64,000 nucleotides of DNA, from positions 105,571,610 through 105,635,609 of the forward strand of contig NC_068983.1 of assembly GCF_001194135.2 (NCBI RefSeq). Reading direction: 5' to 3'. The position numbers and the translations under genes were made by a program. Shown one piece after another: positions 53,638-64,000 of this stretch. Every line of letters starts with the position of its first letter. Within the stretch, counting starts at the first letter, position 1. The stretch comes from Octopus bimaculoides. Its lineage: Eukaryota. The notes beneath the pieces are model-generated. The model searched no databases. It saw only the letters and a list, made by a program, of their open reading frames with translations, and had not been told where the DNA came from.

Positions 53638-54650
53638 ATCATCATCATCATCATCATCGTTTAACGTCCGCCTTCCATGCTAGCATGGGTTGGACGATTT
53701 GACTGAGGACTGGTGAAACCGGATGGCAACACCAGGCTCCAATCTAATTTGGCAGAGTTTCTACAGCTGGATGCCCTTCCTAACGCCAACCACTCAGAGA
53801 GTGTAGTGGGTNNNNNNNNNNNNNNNNNNNNNNNNNNNNNNNNNNNNNNNNNNNNNNNNNNNNNNNNNNNNNNNNNNNNNNNNNNNNNNNNNNNNNNNNN
53901 NNNNNNNNNNNNNNNNNNNNNNNNNNNNNNNNNNNNNNNNNNNNNNNNNNNNNNNNNNNNNNNNNNNNNNNNNNNNNNNNNNNNNNNNNNNNNNNNNNNN
54001 NNNNNNNNNNNNNNNNNNNNNNNNNNNNNNNNNNNNNNNNNNNNNNNNNNNNNNNNNNNNNNNNNNNNNNNNNNNNNNNNNNNNNNNNNNNNNNNNNNNN
54101 NNNNNNNNNNNNNNNNNNNNNNNNNNNNNNNNNNNNNNNNNNNNNNNNNNNNNNNNNNNNNNNNNNNNNNNNNNNNNNNNNNNNNNNNNNNNNNNNNNNN
54201 NNNNNNNNNNNNNNNNNNNNNNNNNNNNNNNNNNNNNNNNNNNNNNNNNNNNNNNNNNNNNNNNNNNNNNNNNNNNNNNNNNNNNNNNNNNNNNNNNNNN
54301 NNNNNNNNNNNNNNNNNNNNNNNCCGCACATGAGCCAGTCCAGGGGCACCGGCAACGATCCCGCTTGAAAAACCTCATGTGTCACCCGCACAAGAGCCGG
54401 CCTAGGGGCGTCGCCCGCACATGAGCCAGTCCAGGGGTACTGGCAACAAACCCGCTCAAACATTTCATGTATCACCCGCACAAGAGTCAGTCCAGGGGCA
54501 CCGACAACGATCTCGCTCGAAAGATATCATGTGTCGCCCGCACATGAGCCAGTCCAGGGGCTCTGGCACGAACCCGCTCGAAAGATTTCATGTGTTGCCC
54601 GCACATGAGCCAGTCCAGGAGCACTGGCAACGATCCTGCTCGAAAGATTC
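53638..54650 (-). mobile_element. RTE 3' end with an expanded minisatellite of about 62 bp (partly in a 512-N gap)
   Basis: (CAT)n tail and tail sequence nearly identical to 26250-26415. Units starting CCGCACA occur at 54324, 54386, 54415 (short unit), 54476, 54538 and 54599. Confidence 0.85.
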
Positions 54651-54652
54651 AT

Positions 54653-54693
<41 letters not shown>

Positions 54694-54719
54694 CACACAA
54701 ATCACACATACAAATATAG

Positions 54720-56060
54720 ACAAAATAACCATTGTAAGCCAAAACTAAGACTGAGGATGAGTATGCAGTATTGTGGGAAAATAAAACCTGATGGAATCAC
54801 CTTGGACTTAAGCTATGTTGGTGCAGCATCCAGTAGTTAATCTGAATTAGTTGTCTGCCTCTGATGTCTATAGGTAGTCTTCTTTTTTAAAAAAAGTATT
54901 GAGAATGCCCGGTCATAAGTTGTGGTAAAGGTTATGGTGTCATTCTCTTTATTGTCTTAATCACCATATTCCCATCCACTACGAAATTTAGTGTAGCTGT
55001 CCCTTGCTGCACCCACTTTGCCATTCAGATCACTGCCCATCAAGTTGTGTTTATCTTGGTCAATCAGTTGGAGATGAATGTCAGTGGAATTCCAGAATTT
55101 ATCTTTGTTCTTCATTGGAGCATCCTTCTTGAAAGACATATCAAGAAACAGCCTGAGGACTAGTTGATGCTCAATTGATTTTCTGGCAGTCTACTGACGT
55201 CAGAGATGTTCCTTATTTCCTCACTTTTCTCATTGATAACCTCTGCCACACTATTCGGGTTGGTCATGCACTTGGAAGAGGACATGAAGCCTCACTGATC
55301 TCTTTATCCATAGTTCCCTTTTATTTTGTGTCCTAGATGAAGACAATTTTAGCTCTTCAAGACCAGTTCACTGCTTCATCCTGAGAATATACTGCTAATG
55401 ATGATCAACAATCAGAGTTGTTGGATCCATAGCTTGCTCCACCCTTGAATGACTTAGACAAATTTCTTATTTTATTTGGATGAGGAAAATGCTCATCTCA
55501 AGGAACTACTCTAGCATTCACAGTTAAGCTCAGAATAGACATCTCTAGATATAGTATTGATATGACAGCAATGTACTCCAACAGATGTGGAGTCACTTTA
55601 CATGTCAGAGCCTCATGGTTGGGCAGGAAGAGAAATTTGAACATTGCTTGCAATTAGAGTCTAAGTAACTGAATTGGCTACGTCCACCAAATATTTACCA
55701 ATACTAGCCAGGCATACCTTTGGGTTTTGGCAGCTTATAAACTAACAAGGTCATGTGATCCTTCTTGTTGTAATAGCAAGATCTTCTACCAAGCATCAAG
55801 AACTAGTTACTGCTGCCATCCTGCACCATATTCAATTTCTTTTTGTTTAGGTTTGTTACCTGTTCTTAAGATACTAGCTACTTTTTTTTTTTTTTTTACA
55901 TCATTTCCTAGCAGTTTATTGAAATGTGACACTAGAAGCCTTGTCACTCTGCACTAGGACTTCAAATAATGGCTTGCCATACTGGTCACTATCTCAACCA
56001 GACTTGAAAATCTGCCTTCATAGATTTTCAGATCCAAAAATCTTCCAGGATCACTGCTGC
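54720..56060 (-). mobile_element. Old LINE endonuclease-region remnant (RTE-like)
   Basis: Minus ORF HNLMGSDLNGKVGAARDSYTKFRSGWEYG resembles the APE-domain GDLNGHVG...GGWGYG segment. Boundaries are approximate. Confidence 0.55.
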
Positions 56061-59000
56061 CCTCTTTGGCAGTCCACCAAGTTTTTAACATAGCTTGACA
56101 AATCAATGTCAAACATCATTATTATTATCATCATACTTTTCTTAAGTAAAACAATTCTAAAGCTTATTAAAATATTTTAATTTTCATGGTAAAATGTCTA
56201 ATAACTGTGGTTTCCTATTCTGTTCGTATTTATAACTGTCTCTTCAATTTACTTCTGTATGCAAGTATGGAAAAACAGACATAAAAAAGATGGTAATGGT
56301 GTTGGAGACTGGTATATATAATATCTATATTTGTATCTCCCTCAACCATTATGTTCATATTAAATCTCTACATACTGCTACCCACTTCTGCCTCTCTTTA
56401 TTACTATCTCATTTTGTCTCAAAGTACACTCAACCTCTCTTGTATCACTATGCTCCCTACTGTTCTATCTTCCTCCCATCATGCCACCTGTGTAACAAGG
56501 AATGACATCATTGGATTTATCTATATTCAATCCCCTTTTTTTTTCTTTTCTACAAACCATCTCTTTCTGTTTCCCTCCATCACTTATTGCTGATATCCAT
56601 CACTCTCACATAATGGTCTCTTACTCATTACTCTCTGTCATCTCTCGCTTTCTGCACTCCCTCTTTTTCTATGACACTAGTAATGTTGTTTCTATTCAAT
56701 CTTCTTCTCAGCAATCTTCATGTAGCTGTCTCTCACTCTCTCATGTATTCTCTTGTTCCAATCACTTGATGCTTCTCTTCTTTTACACTTTTGTCATGTT
56801 CTCAGTCTAGCTCTTTCTTAATTTGTATAGAGACAGTACAAAGAAAGGGAAATTTTTTTTTACTTTTACCAAGGACATTCTATTGCTGGTGAAAAAACAA
56901 ACATTGTAGAAAGGACACTTTAGTTTTGCTAAGGACAAGACCACCTCTCTAGTGCTGATAGTATTAATTGCACTCAGTGCACTCTATAAAGCAGTTGGTG
57001 ATAGTTTTTCTGGTTGGATGTCTTTCCTATTTCAAAAATGGAATTGTGTATGTAAGACATGTTTCCCAACCTATCTAGGTGGGCAGTAGCTCCAAACAAC
57101 CTAAACCAGGGTGTGAAAAAAAAAAAGAGATGAAAACATTTAAGCTTTTGTTGCTTCTATATTAATAATAATTTCTAAGACTATGTGCTAGTCCAAAATT
57201 TTAAGAAACGAGCATTATTGGTACATATCAAGCCAAGGAAAAAACATATGCCAACTAGAGAACCTCTATTATAGCTGCTCGTTATATAGAAATAGCAGCC
57301 AGATCTTCCTCCAATCACACCCATCTTAGATAAAGAAAGGATACATTTGATAATATAGTCCTGCATGCCTGTAATACAATAGGAAGGGTCACAGCTAGAA
57401 AGCTTTTGATCATTAGTCAACTCCATGAGGGTCAACCTGCAGCTAAACAACAACAATGATATATTTTATCAACCCTGAAAGTATAAAAGAATAGACTACT
57501 ATTTCTGTTATGCCGCTCTAACAATCATGTTAATAGTTAGCACATAACTGGGTACTTGTTGACAAGAAGTAGCAGAATGCAAACTAAATGCTTTACAGTA
57601 TTTAGTTTAATATGTGCTTCTTGCTGAGAACAGCTTTGCCATATATCTATCTAGGATCAATAAAATAATAGCTGTAATGCATTAGGCTCAACTCAGTTAT
57701 CTACATCTATTTATTACAAAATTGTGACCTCATGCTAATGTTAGAAATCAATAATTCGCACATTAGAGCAGTAAAAATAACTGAAACAGTAGATTTTTAG
57801 GCAAAGTACATTAGAGTATCTAATTTCATTCCTCTTAAATTTCAATTTAAGATCTAGCATTTGGGAACTTGACTTTTCATGCATATAGGGGTTTATAAAA
57901 TACGTTGACTTGAAGCAAACAACTATATCTTCCCTATAAATATAAATGGTTGATGTGAGAAGTTGGTAATTAGCTCTGTAGCAAGTGAGGTAGAATTCTG
58001 CTAAGTATTATTGAGCAAAGTGGTTGTTCACAATGACAGGAAATATCAAATTTTTGAGATCAATGTTGACTTTATATTGTTGTGTTGAATTTCATGAAAT
58101 GTTGCCATTTAAGTAGGAGTACCTTTTACTTAGCACTTCTAGTATTCACCATCTCCTTTTCTGTTACTGCTCATCACTTATTCCATTCGCTCATATATAG
58201 ATAATATACATCCTATAAAATTATTATAATCATTTGCCTGGTTTTTCCATGCTGGCATGGTTTTTAATGCATCTGAAATATATCACCATTTTTTGAAAAA
58301 AAAAAAAAACTTAATNNNNNNNNNNTTTTTTTTTTTTTTTTTTTTTTGAGAGAAAAACTCTTTGTGCCCACCAATGGAGATAACAGCTCTCTGAACTTAT
58401 TTCATAACTTTCTTTTTAAATTCAGTCATCAAATAGTGTTGGGATGGTAAGAATTGTTGTATTGGGCTTAAGTTGACTAGGTAGCAACAATTTCTCCTAT
58501 TCTGAGGAATTTATGTACTTCATTTCATAGTACAGAGTTTCTTACTCATTCCTTTTCTATATATTAAACAAATCCACTTGAATGCATTGTTTTTTTAATT
58601 TTTTTTTTTAATGTTTTATTATTTTTTTGTGCTCTGTCTTACTTATCACTAATTTGGCTTTTCCACTCTTGGCTTTTAAGTCATTTGGTCAAAGGATCTT
58701 TCCTCCATGTTCAGAACTTTTTATGCAACTCTTTGGCAGTACAACAAAAAATAGGTCATCGATATATAACAGTTCCAAAACAGATTCAGTCTTGAACTCT
58801 GTTATTTTCTCAAAAACTATGTTAGGAAAAAAAACAAAAACAAGCTGGAGGATAATACTCTGATATCATCCATCTGCACATAAGATTCTTCATTGAATTT
58901 CCCTTAAATTTTGTTCTAGCCTTGAGTAACCTTTTACATTTTTAAAAAATAATCTGCTTAAAAAGAAATGGAGGTAATGGTCCTAGTAATTGATATTCAG

Positions 59001-60951
59001 TTTGAGTACCTGTAGGAATCTGCAAGAAGGTGATTATGAAAAATTTTTTGCGCAAAGTGTGAGGATAAATGAGATGCGATAAGGGAGCTAAAGATGGGTA
59101 CATCAAATTGATAGGAGTAGAGGTGGTATTCAATTTGATAGTTCAGGGAAACAGGCCATTTTAATATTAGCAGTTCTAGAAAGAGCCAAGTCATTTGTAG
59201 TTCATCAGCTATGACAATTTCCAACCACCTTTTCTTGATCCTCTGTCAAACAAATTCCTTTCCTGTCAATGAACTCTTCTGCATCTTTGAGGGATGTTTA
59301 TATAGAATCTGCATCTTAGGAAATAACTGCCATACTGATTACTAGCCATAGTTAGTTAGTACATTTTATTCTAATCCCTATACTCTTGCAAAAGACATGC
59401 ATATAACAAAGCCACCTCTTCCCTGTACATGATATTTGATAGGTATTGTTGATTATTATTATTATTATTATTATTTTAATATACAAGTACATGAGTGGGA
59501 AATGTAGATGTTTCAGCTTTGACTTTATATCACAAATAGACAAAATTGTGTGTGTGTGTGTACATTTTCCATTTGTATTTTTTTCAATTTCTTTCTTTCA
59601 GTTTAAAATATCACTTATTCTTCTTGAATTCCTTAAGTGGATTTTATTCAGTATCATTGATCACTGTGGTAGCAATAAATATGGTAAAAGTGCATATTGT
59701 GCCAGTTAAGCATATTGTTGCTTAGATTGACAATGGCTGATAGTTGATGGCAATTACCCATAGCTATATTGAATGAACTTTTTTTTTTATATTTGATTTA
59801 TTTCTTTATTACTTTTCTTCATATAACTGCTTTTTGAAAAATTAATGGAGCTAAAGATAGTTCTCTGTCATATATATATATATATATATGTATATATTAA
59901 TATTAACAAACTAAGGAAAATAATTATATAAGTTAATAATTGCTTGTGTTTAATAAATTATGATTTTGATAATCAGGATTATTTTAAGAAAGAATAATAT
60001 AAAAGTAAATGGAGATACAATGTTTTTATATTTATTCACATTTAAAGTCCAAGCAAAAATAACTCTTGTGGCCTATTATTATTGAAGCTTCCTTGACTGG
60101 AGCAGACAAATATTTACTTAATGATATTTCATCTTCTTTCTATTATTACACAAAGTGTATATCACTATCTATTGATGTCACTATCAATAGATCATGGATT
60201 TATAGAAGCAGTTATTTACACATGTACTTAGTTACTTGGCAGAATTTTATTCTTTATTGTTATGAAGTAGTACAGTATCAAGATTTGTTTCTATTGTGGA
60301 AATGAATGAATCTGATGGTTATGATTGTTATTTTATTTATTTTACGCTCGTTATATTCTTCAGTGCTGAACATTTTCTCACTATTCTGGAACAGTGTTGT
60401 TGAACCTTTAACACATATCAGCAATGATGAACTTTCACAATTCTCCCTGTAATATTGTTATAAAACATTTATCTAAAAGCATTTAGCTAAAACTAATATA
60501 TATGTGACACTCTAGTAACAGGAGTTTCAAAGGAATTAAAATTTTGAAGCCCCAAGATAAAAAAGTTTTCAGACAACCATTAATTCATTAACTATTATCA
60601 TCTGCATTTAAACTGCCTCATTTTATACTACATTGTTCACAAAAGCTATATATTTTTTTTGACTTCTCTCTCTCTCTGTTTTTGGTCAGCTAAAACAAAT
60701 TATCGATATATTTTCTCTATAATTTGAACTTGTGTGAGACAACAAAATTGATTTCTCTTATATATTCACTCTTGAAAGATTGAGTAATGTGCTCATCTCT
60801 TAATTTTCAATATAACCAAAAAAAAAAAAAAAAAAAANNNNNNNNNNAAAAAAAAAAAAAAAAAGAAAATTGTCTTCTCATTCTACTTCCCTAGCCAAGA
60901 TTTCTAAAAACTAAACAGCAACATTGGCAGATTTTGTAGTTGCTAATACAT

Positions 60952-60986
<35 letters not shown>

Positions 60987-62399
60987 CACACATAGACATA
61001 CACACTGTCCAACCCATACCAGCATGGTCATTGGACATTAAATGATGGTGATGATGACACCTTGTATTGACATAATGAAATTTTAGTTGTTGCTGCTCCA
61101 TACACCTCAAAAGAAATGCTTAAGAAATTTTGGTTAAAATATTGAATCTGTATAAGTACTGCAATACTTTGCATTCTGGAAAATTTGTATTCCTGAAGCA
61201 TTTGCCACTATAAGGATATGCTACAGTGCAAACTTTTTTTTTTAATTCTCAAGTTATAGATTACAATGCATTTCTACAAAATTCTTGTGAAGAATATGTA
61301 ACCACTTTTGAAACCATAACCAGAGCATAGCGGAATCTTGTATGATAGTAATTTTCTAATGTAATATTAAGTTGAAGTAGAAAGCATTCTTTGAAATCCA
61401 ATGGACAAATTAGATGAAATACTTTGCTTGGATCATTACTTTGGATGCATTTTAACCAATAGTTTTTGCAAGTTATCAATTCATATACATTTTAGAAAAA
61501 ATACTGCCAAATATTTATAAAATGTCCTCTTTTACCAATATCTGAGAGCAAATTTTCTTTCCTATTGTCAGTCCTGGACAGAAGAACAAATATTAGTTTT
61601 AAAATATGGTTTCCATCATTTTAGAGATAATGAATTATATATCAACTATTAGATAGGAAAATTTGAAATAAATTCTTTTGCAGTGCTTGCTACCAAGTTT
61701 TGTTATAATCCAATCTAGTCCTATAACTTAACTAATATCAGAGTCAAAAAATGATATTTCATTCATTGAACCTTCTTTGTTTGAATGCTTTATAGGTTTA
61801 CAATGAAGAAAATTTACCACATCAGTATGGCTGACATTGACACCAATTCTTTCTTTTTTATCTGGCTCATGTTTTGTATTCATTCTATGGAATTCAAGCT
61901 AATAAGTATTGTTGTACATAGCAAACACACATAACTTGTTTTATTGTTTTGTTCATTGTATTCTGAACTGAATAGAAGGGTTATAGGTCTCTGAAGATGT
62001 CTTCTGTAATACTGTTGTCAGTAAAAAAAAAATGTCTTTTGTGTCTTCTGTTCTGACTTAGCAGTTGCTAATTAATAAGAGTCCTAGCCATTTAAAAAAT
62101 AAACAGACAGCTGCAACCTTTACAAAATCTTTTTCAGTGTGAAGACATGTAGAAAGATGCTGCTTTTTGAACTCCTTCAATCCAAGTAGCAATAAAACAG
62201 CAGGCATAAAATCATTAATGATAGTGATGATGACTCATATTTGAAAATCCTTTTGGAACATACATTCTCTTTTTTTTTTTCTTCAATTTTGGAGGACTAT
62301 TTGTATGGAAATCATTGATTATTGGAAGTCTCATATTTTAGAGCCATGATTTAGCTCTTTTTTTTTCTCTTTTTCTTGTTTCCACATCCTATTTTTCAG

Positions 62400-62414
62400 A
62401 AAGAAGATAGCATT
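62400..62414 (+). CDS. Candidate 15-nt microexon of AP1G1 (KEDSI)
   Basis: Pyrimidine tract of about 40 nt ending TTTTTCAG, then AAAGAAGATAGCATT|GTATGG, phase 0-0. Confidence 0.25.
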
Positions 62415-63216
62415 GTATGGCCTGATCTCGTATTGTGTAGCTTATTTTCTGTTTAATGAAATATGTCTTTAGTGAATGCATGTTTACTTTAACCCTCTTA
62501 ATACTAATATACTTGAGATAGCCTGTAGTAAAGTGTTATTTAAATTAAAATCTCAATCATAATCTTGTTACAGCATAAATGATATGAAATTTCAGTTGCT
62601 CAACAATAGCATCATCAATAATATTAATATGCTAACTTGTTGTTTTGTATGTACCTGATGTGTGTGTCACAGTTACTTCAAAGAAGTGGCAAAGCAAGAG
62701 AGAGGACAGAGGGAGTAAGAGAGAAAGAAAGTGAGTGGTGAAGGCATTCGTTTTGTGTTTTTAAATGTTTCAGAGAGGACATAGGAGAGAAAGAAAGAGT
62801 GAGAGAGAAAGAAAAAAAAGTGAGAGAGAAAGAGAGAGAGTGAAAGAGACGGTGAGTGGTAACCGTGTTCGTTTTGTGTTTTTAAATGTTTATCACATCG
62901 CAAGAGAAGTAGATACATAGATACATATAAACATTATTAAATCAAAAGTGGGAGAGAAGGGGGACCCAAAGGAAGTGAAAGAAAGAGAGGTGAGAGAGAC
63001 AGTAGAAACAAATCTAAAGAAACGTTCATACACAGATACATTGACAAATATTGGATGTCAGTTTCACTTTTCATTACCACACAAGGATAAAATTAACTTA
63101 CAAATGGCTGAGTACTCCACAGACATACATAACATTAACGTAGTTCTCAGGGAGATTCAGCCTCACACAGAATATGACAAGGCTAGCCCCTTTGAATTAC
63201 AGCTACAACTCAAGAC

Positions 63217-63254
<38 letters not shown>

Positions 63255-63579
63255 ATNNNNNNNNNNNNNNNNNNNNNNNNNNNNNNNNNNNNNNNNNNNN
63301 NNNNNNNNNNNNNNNNNNNNNNNNNNNNNNNNNNNNNNNNNNNNNNNNNNNNNNNNNNNNNNNNNNNNNNNNTATGTTACTTATTTTTAGTAGTTCTTCG
63401 ACTTATTTAGTCCCTCGATAGCGTGAGGCATCGATGCACAGTTAATGCCCTTTATATATTATTAAATATATCCATGAAGAAAGGATGAATTTTTTCATTA
63501 CGAAATTTTTCGTTATTTTTTCATTGAGGTTTTTTCACGCTGACTACTTGATAAATTCTTATAAAGAATTTATCCTATA

Positions 63580-63614
<35 letters not shown>

Positions 63615-63739
63615 GAATGTATTTTAAAGTTAATTAGTAATTCCGTTTACGTTTATGTAACAGATATTTTTGTTGGATTATATAGTCATTTGTGTTACAT
63701 TACTTTCTCTATTTTGTAACTGTCACAATATACTTCTCT

Positions 63740-63880
63740 AAGCCTGAAATTTTTGTGGGGAGGGGGCCAGTTGATTAGATTGACCCCAGTACACAACTGG
63801 TACTTAATTTATCGATCTTGAAAGGACAAGTCAACATCGGCAGAATTTGAACTCAGAACATAAAGACAGATGGTCATAAT
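63740..63880 (-). mobile_element. Partial SINE (GCCTTTCATCC family)
   Basis: CTGGTACTTAATTTATCGATCTTGAAAGGA...CGGCAGAATTTGAACTCAGAAC is the reverse complement of the core. Confidence 0.75.
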
Positions 63881-64000
63881 ATACAAACATTTCTCATGGC
63901 ACCAGTACACTGTTTATATTTTCCGTGAATTTTTCACAGGTCCGGCTAGTAATATATTAATATATAAAGTTGCATGTATTTACTAAACCTTTCAAAATTT

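Noticed and set aside
53661-54481. Long ORFs of 194-233 aa in the ORF track
   Set aside because: They are mostly X, read through the N-gap, and are flanked by RTE 3'UTR repeats.

Overview
AT-rich, microsatellite- and retroelement-rich animal DNA with scaffold N-gaps. The repeat families look cephalopod, probably Octopus (inference, not searched). The window holds the 5' part of an AP-1 adaptor complex gamma-1 subunit gene (AP1G1) on the + strand. Five clear coding exons lie at 21441-21641, 22806-22930, 25637-25778, 31055-31151 and 43797-43873, all GT-AG with consistent phases. An upstream exon (16491-16535) adds an in-frame N-terminal extension. The next constitutive exon (LVPQLVRILKN-like) is not in the window. 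The two large introns after NEKNH and after HFRK contain several frame-preserving cassette or microexon candidates. The rest is RTE-clade and Vingi/Ingi-like LINE fragments, several tRNA-derived SINE families, TTAA-flanked MITEs and Penelope-like remnants. Highlights are the candidate microexon set, a TSD-bounded RTE insertion with a twin-priming-type 5' inversion, a PHD finger inside the RTE reverse transcriptase, and two degenerate hammerhead-ribozyme motifs. All annotation was read by eye; no database search or folding was run.
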